NCBI RefSeq assembly: GCF_009914755.1
Contig: NC_060937.1
Origin: the human T2T-CHM13v2.0 reference genome, Homo sapiens
Reading direction: 5' to 3' (one strand)
DNA length: 64,000 nucleotides
A program made the translations under genes and the position numbers. Below, in pieces: positions 14,531 through 26,400 of this stretch; the stretch's first letter is position 1, and each line of letters begins with the position of its first letter. Under the pieces are notes generated by a model, which saw only the letters and a list, made by a program, of their open reading frames with translations, was not told the DNA's origin and made no database searches.

Positions 14531-16487
14531 GGAGTGTTATTGAACATGCACATAGAAATAAGTAGAAATACAGATTTGATAAGAGGAGAGAGAAGGAATT
14601 AATTATCAGTAAACAGTTAAGTACAGATATATAATTGGAAATAACAGGTATTTTTAACTCTTTCTGCATGCCAGCTTCGTCTGGAGTGCTTTGAAACTAA
14701 AATGACATTGATACCAATGGTAACGGCTTGTTTACATTGTTTGAAGAAGATAAAGTTGAAAGTATTGGGTGAAAACTAAGCAAAATGGTTAGTACAAAGA
14801 AACAAGAAGTATCACGTGAGTGCTACAGTTATTTGTATGGAAACTAATACATACCAGCCGAGGTCATCATATTATTTTTTTTTTTTACAAAAAGTATTAT
14901 TTTTTAATTTCTGAAAGCAGCATAGGACAGCCTGGAACTTGTGATGACATTACTCATTAAAATAATTTTATTTATTTTCAAAAAAATCATTCTGACAAGA
15001 AATCTAGTTTTCTAGTTAGTTTTCTTCTTTTACTTTCTGTTAAAAATATTATTTAATATTTTTCTAATATTAAAATACACATGGAAAGCATACTAATTTT
15101 TACACAAAACAATGTTTTCCATTTTATTTCATAATGCAGTAAACATGGTTAGCACGTTCTGGGTCTTTCTACTAATATGCTTTTTTTGTGTAGGTTATCC
15201 TTAGACTTACTAGGAAAGGTGACTATGTTAAAATGCTGAAGAAAAACAGTTAGGTGATCATTATAGGTTACTTAGGGTATAATTAGCATTAATGCCATTT
15301 ACAGATCAGAGCCCTCTGGCAGCTACTTATGCCCGATCAAAATCTATTTTGTCTCTTTGACACTGGAGCAATAAAAAATCTGTGGAAATGGTGGTCCACA
15401 GAGAGAAAACACATTTATCTTTAGTCAACACATGTTACTAGACTCAGTGGCGCTTGAGAAATAGCAGTGATAACCTCCACAATCAGCTATTTGTGTTCTT
15501 ACCGTGATTCCTATTGTGCAACTGATGGTGTGCCTTTTGGCTTTTCGGTTAAGAGAAGTATTCATTCTGCTGTATAAATTACATAAGTCAAATAAGGTTA
15601 TGACACAGGGGCAAATTGTGGCTCATGTTCTAACTCATAGGAATTATCGAAAAGGAAAAGGCATTTTTGTCGTGGAAAGTAAATTTGTGCTATAACCTCA
15701 AGGTAATGATGTGCAAAAAATTATTATGCTGAAACACAAATTAAACAAGAGGGGCCAAAGAAAGGATGTTCATGCTGTTGGGAGGGTGAAACACTAAACC
15801 TCACAGACAAAATTGTTAAATTTTTAAACATATATAAAAATAGTCATCATTGTTAATTATAATTATGTCATCTTATGAGATATGCTAAATTTATGAATAG
15901 CATAAATAATCTATATTAAGTCTACTATAATACTATAAGAAATTAACAACATAAAATGATAAAATAATAGCAGATTTAAAAATCTAAAAATGGCCTATGA
16001 AAAACACTGTAGTCTATCTTGTTTTGAAAAACCCACTATTTATAGGCCAATGGTTAAGTTACCTAGTATTCTGAGAGTTTCAGAGCTTTTAATTTATTGA
16101 TTGATATAAAGTATTTCCCATACTCAATGCTGAAGAAAAACAGTACATAAAACTCCTTTCCAAAAAGAGAAATGATGGCATATTGTATCCGTACCACTTT
16201 TTAAAGCATCAATGGGTAGTGCTTTTCATGTAGCTTTCCATGAAAGCTATGCATGTTTCTTCACGCAAAAGTCATCTTTAAAATTTCTAATACACATGCT
16301 TACTAAAAGAAATTCCTATCAATTCTTCAGTGTAAATACTTTCATTACGTATAGGTAAGGTAAACTTTCTTCTGATTTTCTGTTTATTTTCTTGAAAAGG
16401 AAAGGTAGGTAAAATGCAAGATATCTTATAAAAGAAGTAGGTAATATGCAAGGTATATTATAAAACATGGTTACTTTCACAGAGCTA

Positions 16488-16790
<303 letters not shown>

Positions 16791-16846
16791 CACCTAATAA
16801 ACACAACCAAGGATATTAGCTGACATTTTGTCCTGACTAGAAGACA

Positions 16847-16848
<2 letters not shown>

Positions 16849-16905
<57 letters not shown>
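16849..16905. repeat. (AT)~28 microsatellite
   Basis: uninterrupted AT run; a second (TA)8 lies at 16948-16963. Confidence 0.98.
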
Positions 16906-16906
<1 letters not shown>

Positions 16907-17377
16907 CTTAGAAAAGCCTCATTAGTAGAATTTCAGAGGGGTCATTTTATATATATATATATAGACTTTTGGACTTGAAAACTTAGATAATTTTTATGCT
17001 TGTATTTTTTGTTTCTTAAGTTTCACACAACCCATTGCTGTTTCAGGTAGAGCAAAGGCAAACTCAACTTACAAGAGTGCTATAATACAATAAAACTCAT
17101 TTATCATATTCTTTCATTTAAAAAAATAATTCTTTTTATGTCAGCAAATGCTTAAAAGTTCTTACTATCAACTAAACAGTGGATTTGGGTCTGGGCATAA
17201 CAGTAGATTTGGGTTTGGGTATGACCATCAAGGACTCTGCCTTGGAGCAATTTGCTGTCTAGATCCACAGTCACCAAGCCTAATAAAGGACATGCAACCT
17301 ACACTTATGCATACATTTGTTCATATGTTCAATCACGTATTATAATCCTTTTTATATTTCAGAAGTAAAAATTAGTA

Positions 17378-17565
17378 ATCATTATTAACTCATTTGTTGT
17401 TCCCTATGCGTTAAGTTCTGTGCTAAGCATTTCACACATATCGAATTTTTTAATGTTGTAACTATATGAAGTAGATAGAATTTTTGTTCTAATTATATAT
17501 GAAAAGATTGAGGCTCAGAAAATTTAAAGGGTTTGCTCATGATTACGCAGCTAATGACTAGTAGG
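17378..17565 (-). mobile_element. MIR SINE fossil
   Basis: ctgtgctaagcatttcacacat...atgaaaagattgaggctcagaaaatttaaagggtttgctcatgattacgcagcta. Confidence 0.75.
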
Positions 17566-17651
17566 AAAACATTATACATCATTTATTAAGAAATTCTAAA
17601 GAATGAACAGTACAGTCAAATTTTTCAAGTCCAGTCGTAAAAAAACCTAGA

Positions 17652-17906
17652 CCCTGGTTTCTAGATCTGTTCCATGAAGGAAAATGTACATGGTCAAATT
17701 GTACATGGTCAAATAATTTCTGTACTACACACATGTCCTCTTCTTACGAAGTTTGTGTTAGTATTCTTAAGGCTATGAGAATACCGCACCAAAAATCCCT
17801 GCTTGACTTTATTTAAATCTACCAGAAACCGATGTTTTTTTTTAACTTCAGGAATACATTATTTCCATGACACTTGTAAGCATAGAAAATATTTAGGTCA
17901 ACATTG
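17652..17906. mobile_element. Possible hAT/Charlie-type DNA transposon fossil
   Basis: catggtcaaataa...ttagtattcttaaggctatgagaataccgca...cctgcttgactttatttaa recalls an ancient MER-type hAT element; contains a perfect 15-bp duplication at 17685-17714. Confidence 0.35.
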
Positions 17907-20900
17907 ACCTATGGGTCAAGTTAAAATTGTAAATTTTCACTGTGGAGAATGAGAGCAGAACAAAGAAAATCAGCTGTATTCTCAAGTGCAAGTCTAAAAA
18001 TTAGGAATCAATAAATTTATTGTGTAAACAATAAATATTTATCCAGATCCTCCCAGTTTAACATGTCTTTGGAAATTTTGAGACATTAAAGCAAAACAAA
18101 ACAAAAAAAATTGGATTATCACTGATTGCTGTTGTCCATTTTACTGTGCTCTGTCACATAACTTTACAATGTCCTCCAATACCAAGGGTGTTGTCTGCTA
18201 AAGGTGGAATTTTAATTACTTGAAGTAATAGGGGAAAGTGTGCAGCTAGCTAATTAACAATCTATCACTACTACCAAAAACAAAATTAAATTACTTGGAC
18301 CTCTAGTTGAGGTGAGATCTGTCATCTTTATATAAAATGAACTGAAACTTTCTGTATTACGTTACTTTCATGATTTTACCCAAGATTATTGATCTGGTTG
18401 ATGATGCTCAGCAAGTTTTATATGGCTCTCTGTTACTTTAACATCGTACTATGTGGTAAGCAAGTATCAAGTATAGGATGACACCAAAGAGTCTTGGGAA
18501 ATAATGGCAAGAGAAACTTATTATCCCCATTTTGAAAGGTAAAATTTAATCATTTATCAGGTCCAAAATGACAATGCCTTACTAAGAAATCCATCTTATG
18601 AAACTCATCATCCCAGGATTGCTCTAGGATTAGCATCGTCCTTTATTCCTTGGAAACCAAGCTTACCAAATTTATTTCCTATCACCTCTTCTCTGAGAAG
18701 ATCTAATAGCAGCACTTTTTTTTCTACATTTTTGTAGATCTCATGTGTTTCTACTTTTTCCATACTCTTTCTCTCTCTGTCTCTTAGGCTAAAATGTATG
18801 GTTTTCCAGCTTCCTGCTCCTGTGCAGTCATTTGCCTCTCTTAATGTACACTAAAACAAATGGGAAGCAATATTTAAGAAATGATTCGGCAGTGCCTTAA
18901 ACATCCTTGCTTTAAAATTTAAGAAAGGACTATAATGAGGTTCCTACTGTCATGCAAGATAGGTGAATCTGTAATTTCATGACATATTCAAGAATTACTT
19001 TCCATTTCAGTGGACTAAAAGTATTGTTTCTCATTCCTTGAAACCAAGGGACTATTTGCTGGCTTCTTAAAAAATGTTTTATGAGTAAATTTAGCTCAAT
19101 GAGCTGAAGGAAAAGGTGGAACTAAGTCATGCTGACAGACGAAATGGAATAAAGAAAAGTCCTTCTTTGCAGTCCATTAGGAAGTCATCTCTCTTTTCTT
19201 TGTACTCATTACCTGTATTTTCTCTCACTACATTCACAAAAACCTAAGTAATAAATGTATCAGAAGCTCTTAGTAAATTATTGATTTTTGAAAGGTGAAA
19301 GAAATACAGAAGAAAAACTAGTGAAGTTTTGTACTAGTTTTCAGAGTGGGGGATATTGTATTCACCAGCAAATTAACTAGATTTATTAATCCTTCAATAT
19401 TATTGTGAACTTTGTCTACAATTTTATGAAAATTGTATTGTATGTCTCTCTAGAAATAAACTGCTAATAGACAGAAATACGTATATATATAAACTTTGTT
19501 TCTCACATTGACATCTAGCATTGCCCTTTCTCTATACCAAGGGAAATTTTTAACATCTAATGTAATTCATCAATTATATCAGGACATTATCAAAATTTCC
19601 TGTACTAAGTTGTGAAAAAAAAAGTCTAGATAGTGATTATACATTCCATTAATGTCCAATATATTCAAACAACATAATATTTTAAATTACAAATGCATGA
19701 AACTTAGAGTTTGGAGAAACAGATAAAATATCAACACAAAATAGAAGTATTTTAATGTGTAGGTGAAGAAGTGCAGAGTATTTTAGATTTTACTTTATTA
19801 AGCCTATAATAGATCTGAAACTAAAGAAAGGGATTTTCATGAATTATACTGAGTAAAATATAAAAGCCTATGATCTATATTGCAAAGTAGTCTTACCCCT
19901 CTAGATGTGGTATTTCATATTTATGGACAACACCAACATGAGTTCAATTGCTTTGAATTTCTCAACCCATGTATTTATTTTTCCAAGCTATGGGTAGCTG
20001 AGATTTCCGTTATATGCTACATGATAATTTGGATAGAAGACACATTGTGTTCTTCCACAAAACAACCATATTTAATTTCTTACAACATTCAATGATACAT
20101 TTCTACTATTATTCTATCATTATATTCTACGACTGTTGTTCGACTTCTCTCTTCTCTCTGAACTCTTAAAATGTCAAAACAAGATTCTATATATCTACAA
20201 AATATTTCTGGACCTGAAATTGATGCCTTAAATTTTTAACATTAAAAGCAATTAAAATCAGATGAAATACTTGAGGACTTAAAGCCAACATATATTTTGC
20301 TCTAAGACAATCTTTTTTTGGTTCATAGGGAGAAGTGTCTAAGAGATTCCTGTTTTACTGGCTTAACAGCATTTTTCTCCACTTCTCTTGCCAACAAAGA
20401 TGAACAATAAAATAATTGTTTGTGTTGTCTTTAAGATTAAAAGATCTTATAGGAAAATATCCTCTTAATATGTTATTTTTGGCATTAAGAAAATATTATT
20501 TGCATACATGATTTAGAGAGGCCTCTGGACTAGCGTCTTGATTACAGTGGGGACATGGCTTTGGTATTAAAGGCAGTTTGATGTTCTATTTTCTTTATAA
20601 AGTACCCTATCATACCTCAATGCTGTACTTTGTTTTGGTAAGTGGTATTTTAAATTTTATAAGCCAGAATAGAATACCGTATGCTAACCCTACTCAAATT
20701 ATTTCTGTAAACTTAGAAAAATAAGGGGATCTTTCTGGTCTTTGAGTCTCTTCACTTGTAAAGTGGGTGGTTTTAATGTAATAATTAATGACTTCCTTCA
20801 TTTCTTATATGTGAGAATTCTGTGGAACTATCCTGAATCTGGGTTTATTTATAAGATTCTTAAGGTGGCTGGTGAACTGAGAAATAGTATGTTAAGATAT

Positions 20901-21279
20901 AATAAGGCTTTGACATATATGCTCTTCGAAAAACTCCAAATAAAAGCAGTGCGTAATGCATTTCCTTCTTCTGCCAGCTGACATTATTTTTTTTTCTTTT
21001 AGGCATAACTACTTTATTATTGTTTGTAAAAACGAGGAGGGTTAAAGAAAATAAAGATAGAGGAGATACAGAAGATGAAATAAGATGAGAGTTATAATTT
21101 TATTAAAGTCTTCTAGTTCTAGATTCCATAATCTAGAATCTAAAGCAAATAATTCCAAGAAAAGAATAAATATATGTGTGGATATTTTTCCTTTAAACTA
21201 TGCAAACAAATCTAATTATTATTAAATATGACAATTGATAAATGAAGTAAATGACTTATGTTGTCTTAGTGAGCACGGG

Positions 21280-21660
21280 TGAGTGAAAAAATGCCCAGAG
21301 GAGGTGGCTGGGAACTTCAAACAAGCTAACATTGCTGGTTGGACTGGGGATATTTAATTTAAAGGGAGAGAAGTTCCAGGGAGAGGCATGAGAGTCATTC
21401 TCAACTCTATGAAGGCATTTTATATCCTAAAGGGAGAAGGCTTTCTTCACTTTCCCACAGAAGTCAGGAAAATGTCCCCTGGATGAAAGTCAAAGATTAC
21501 GAACTTTAGGTAGAAATTTATTATAATCAGACTTCCAGGAGGTGAGTATGAAAACTTCAGAGAGGTTGAATTCTCCATTGCTGGAAATGTCTTTTTCAAG
21601 GTCAAGGAACAGGTTGAGGTGTTTAGAGGGTCCTAATGCATCAGATAAAAATGTGTTTGG
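21280..21660 (+). mobile_element. L3/CR1 LINE 3' fossil
   Basis: actggggatatttaatttaaagggagagaag...gcatgagagtcattctcaactctatgaagg...gttgaattctccattgctggaaatgt follows the CR1/L3 3' end. Confidence 0.7.
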
Positions 21661-21821
21661 CAGGAAGGAGGGTTAAGAAACAGTGGAACAGAAACCTTCA
21701 ATATGAGTACTCAATTTCTGATATATATATATATAGATCTATAGATCTATATATATATATAAAATTTTACTTCAGATTTTTAAGGATACTTTTATTATTA
21801 AATTTTGTGATATTTTGCTCT

Positions 21822-24800
21822 CTTTCTTTTTAAATTTTAATAGTTTTGGAGGAACAGATGGTTTTTGGTTACATGGATAAGTTCTTTAGTGGTAATAACT
21901 GAGATTTTGGTGCACCCATCACCCGAGCAGTGTACACTGCACCCAATGTGTAGTCTTTTAGCCCTCACTCCCCTGCCCACTTCCCCCACCCAAAGTCTAT
22001 TATATAATTCTTATGCTTTTGCATCCTTGTACCTTAGCTCCTACTTATAAGTGGGAACATATGAGATTTGGTTTTCCATTCCTGAGTTACTTAATTTAGG
22101 ATAAAGCTCTTCAAATCCATCAAGGTTGCTGCAAATATCATTGTTTCACTCCTTTTTATGGCTGAGTAGTATTCCATGATATGTGGATATATATAAAATT
22201 TTCTTTATCCACCTGTTGGTTGATGAGCATTTAGCTGGTTCCATATTTTTGCAATTGCAAATTGCACTGTTATAAACACACATGTGTAAACGTCTTTTTC
22301 ATATAATGACTTCTTTCCCTCTGGGTAGATAACCAGTAGCGGGATTGCTGGGAGAAATGGTAGTTCTACTTTTAGTTCTTTAAGAAATCTACATACTGTT
22401 TTCCATAGTGGTTGTTCTAGTTTACACTCTCACTAGCAGCGTAAGAGTGTTCCTTTTTTTACCATATCCATGTCAACATCTATTGTTTTTTGATTTTTTT
22501 AATTATGGCCATTCTTGCAGGAGTAAGGTGGCATCTCATTGTGGTTTTAATTTGCATTTCCCTCATAATTAGTGATGTTGAGCATTTTTTCATGTATTTG
22601 TTGGCCATTCATAAATTTTCTTTTGAGAATTACCTATTCATGTGCGTTGCCCACTTTTTGATGGGATTATTCATTCTTTTTTTTTCTCTTTTGTTTGAGT
22701 TCCTTGTAGATTCTCAATATTAGTCCTCTGCTGGATGCATAGTTTGCGAGTATTTTCTCTCATTCTGTGAGTTGTCTGTTGACTCTGCTGATTATTTCTT
22801 TTGCTGTGTGGAAACTATTTAGTTTAATTAGGTCCCATTTATTTATTTTTGTTTTTGTCACATTTGCTTTTGGTTTCTTGGTCAAGAACTATTTTCCTAA
22901 GCCAACATCTAGGAGAGTTTTACCCATATTATATTCTAGAATTTTTATGGTTTCAGGTCTTAGATTTAAGTTCTTGGTCTGTCTCAAGTTGATTTTTGTA
23001 TAAAGTGAGAGATGATGATCCAGTTTCATTATTCTACATTTGTCTTGCCACCAGTTTTCGCAGCACCATTTGTTGGATAGGGTGTCCTTTCCCCACTTTT
23101 TGTTTTTATTTGCTTTGTCAAAGGTTAGTTGGCTGTATTCGGCTTTATTTCTGGATTCTCTATTCTGTTCCATTGGTATACATGCCAATTTTTATACCAG
23201 TACTATGCTGTTTCGGTAACTGTGGCCTTGTCATATAGTTTGAATTCAGATAATGTGATGCCTCCAGATTTGTTCTTTTTGGTGGTCTTGCTTTGGCTAT
23301 ATGGGGTCTTTTTTGGTTCCATACAAATTTTAGGATTATTTTTTCCAGTTCTGTGGAGAACAATGATGGTACTTTGATGGAAATTGCATTGACTCTGTCG
23401 ATTGCTTTTGGCAGTATGGTCATTTTCTCTATGTTTGATTTTACCCATCCATGAGCATGGAATATATTTCCATTTGTAAACTGAAAATTAACTCCAAAAG
23501 GAATGACCAAAACTATACAAATACATGGAAATTAAATAATCTGCTCTTGAATAATCTTTGGGTCAACAATGAAATCAAGATGGAAATTTAAAACCTCTCT
23601 GAGCTACATAATAGTGACACAACTTATCAAAACCTCTGTGATACAGCAAAAGTGGTGTCAAGAGGAAAGTCCATAGCATTAAATACCTATATCAAAAAGT
23701 CTGAAAGAGCACAAATAGAAAATAGAAGGTCAAACCACAAGAAACTAGAGAAATAAGAACAAACCTAAACCAAACTCAGCAGAAGAAAAGAAATAACAAA
23801 GATCAGAGCAGAACTAAATGAAATTGAAACACAAAAATACTACAAACAATAAGTGAAACAAAAAGCTGGTTATTAAAAAGGTAAAATTGGTGGACCATTA
23901 GCAAGATTAACCAAGAAAAGAAGAGAGAACATCCAAATAAGCTCAGTTATAAATGAAATGGTAGATATTACAACTGATACCACAGAAATGCAGAAGATTG
24001 TTCAAGGCTTCTTTGAACACCTTTATGCACACAAACTAGAAAATCTAGAGGAGATGGATAAATTCCTGGAAATATATAATGCTCCTATACTAAATCAGGA
24101 AGACATAGAAACTCTAAACACAGCAATAACAAGTAGCAAAATTGAAACAGTAATTTAAAAACTGCCAACAACAACAAAAAAGTCCATGACCAGATGGATT
24201 CACAGCTGAATTCTATCAGACATTCAAAGAAGAATGGGTACCAATCTTACACGAACTATTCCAAAAGATAGAGAAAAAGAAGATCCTCCCAAAATCATTC
24301 CATGAAGTTAGTATTACCCTAATTCCAAAAGCAGGAAAGGACATAATAAAAAAAGAAAACTACTGACCAATATCCCTGATAAACATAGGCACAAAAATCC
24401 TCAACAATATACTAGCTAACCAAATCCAACAGTGTATCAAAAAGATAATGCACCATGATCAAATGGGTCACATACCAGGAATGCAGTGATGTCAGTAAAC
24501 GGGATACATCACATGAACAGAATTAAAAACAAAACTTATATGATCATCTCAATAGATGCAGAAAAAGCATTTGACAAAATCCAGTAGCCTTTTGTGATTA
24601 AAACCATCAGCAAAATTGGTATAGAAAGGATATGCCTCAAGGTAATAAAAGCCATCTATGGCAAACCCACAGCCAACATCTTAATAACCAGGGAAAAGTT
24701 GAAAGCATTTCCCCTGAGAACTGGAACAATACAAGGATACCCACTTTAATCACTTCTATTCAACATAGTAATGAGAGCCCTAGCTAGAGCAGTCGGACAA

Positions 24801-25120
24801 TAGAAAGAAATAAAGGGCATCCAAGTCAGTAAAGAGGAAGTCAAACTGTTGCTGCTTGCCAATGATATGATTGTATAGCTAAAACCCTAAAGATTCATCC
24901 AAAAAGCCCCTAGATCTTATAAATGAATTCAGTAAAGTTTCGGGATACAAAATCTATGTTCACAAATCTGTAGCACTGTTATACACCAACAGCAACCAAG
25001 CTGAGAAACAAATCAAGAACTCAATCTCTTTTACAACTGCAGACAAACAAACAAACAAACTTAACAATAAATCTAACCAAGGAAGTGAAAGATCTCTACA
25101 AGGAAAACTATGAAACACTG
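21822..25120 (-). mobile_element. L1PB(1)-like LINE-1 with 5' inversion (antisense 21822-23477, sense 23478-25120)
   Basis: 3' end tagttttggaggaacagatggtttttggttacatggataagttctttagtgg; orientation flips at catttgt|aaactgaaaattaactcc; sense part encodes DITTDTTEMQKI...KLENLEEMDKFLE and a decayed RT motif LANDMIV*. Confidence 0.93.
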
Positions 25121-26189
25121 TATTACCTTAATTAGAAAAGACCATCAGGAGTTCATAGAAACCCATAATTCAAATATTCAAAGTATAGACATTTTAAAAT
25201 TTGTGTCCACTTTTAAGACCTCCTTCATGAATATTTTTGAGGAGTAATTGAAGAAATAAATATCTTTTTTTCAGAAATCTAAAGCTTCAAAAGTAGGTGT
25301 GAATCAAATCAAACAAATTTATCAATTGCTAAAACTTTCAGCTTTTGCAGTTTGAATCAAACTCGAGGAAAGCATTTCCTACACATATTTAAGGCCGTTG
25401 AAATGAGCTACTTTTCCCTCTCTTTTTCATTTCTTAATTCACCTACCTTTACTCCCTTTTTGTAATTATATATGAGCAAACATGGGATATATATGGAACT
25501 CAATAAACAACAAAGTTATTTTGTAGAGAACCTGTAGAGAAAAACGTTTAGCTCTTCATAATGCTTTAACAAAGTCCACACAAGAGAATTAGGTGAGAGT
25601 TATTGAAGATATTACTCGGTGACACAGTAAAAAATAACAATGTTACCGTCCAGATGATCCTGAGGTGGTAGGTCATCGATTTAATGATTTCTAAAAGTAA
25701 ACCGAATGCAATAGTTAGGACTAAATAGGTGGTGGCACTATAAGCCAATTTGAAAATAATCGTCCGTGAAACAATGACATAAAGTTATGAAAAAGTTTAA
25801 AAGTATTGGATTTATAAACGCAGAGCAAAAATACAAAGACTTAAAGGGGAAAGTTAAATTAATAGTTTTGCTTTAGTGGTTGACTTTCTCATGAAGTATT
25901 AAACTCTTTTGTATGTTTTATTTTAGTTTTCAATATTAACAGAAAAAACGGCAATTTTTGAGGTTGTTTACCTTTTCAACTTCATGTAAAAAAAAATGAA
26001 GGACAAATTAATGAAGGGGTAGGGAATAATCCCTTTAGGCAAATCTTGAGCTCACCTTGTTATGTTATTAATGCATTAACCTCAAAGGAATCGATAGTCC
26101 TTTGAGGTTAAAACATCAGCAAATCCAATCTCTTTTTTTTATTTGAAGCAGTTGTAGAAACAATAGTTATATAAACTATGGCTTTGGAA

Positions 26190-26400
26190 ATTCTTGTATT
26201 TGCATAACAATTTAAAGTTTATAAAATACTTTCATATGCATCATTTAATTTTTATTTTTACTTTTCAAGCTCTGTAAGAAAAAGGCAGGAGAAGCATATT
26301 ATCAGATTTTATAGAACAAAAAGCAAATAGATTGGGAATAACTTACTCAAATTCATGAAACAAGTATCTGAACCCAGTTTTCATGGATCAAGCCTACTAC
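26190..26400 (-). mobile_element. MIR-family fossil
   Basis: aaagtttataaaatactttcatatgcatcatttaattt...attatcagattttatagaac...tctgaacccagt. Confidence 0.55.

Noticed and set aside
15280-15560. Enhancer-looking unique segment (also 31940-32200, with several E-boxes)
   Set aside because: Only short common motifs; cannot be supported without conservation or chromatin data
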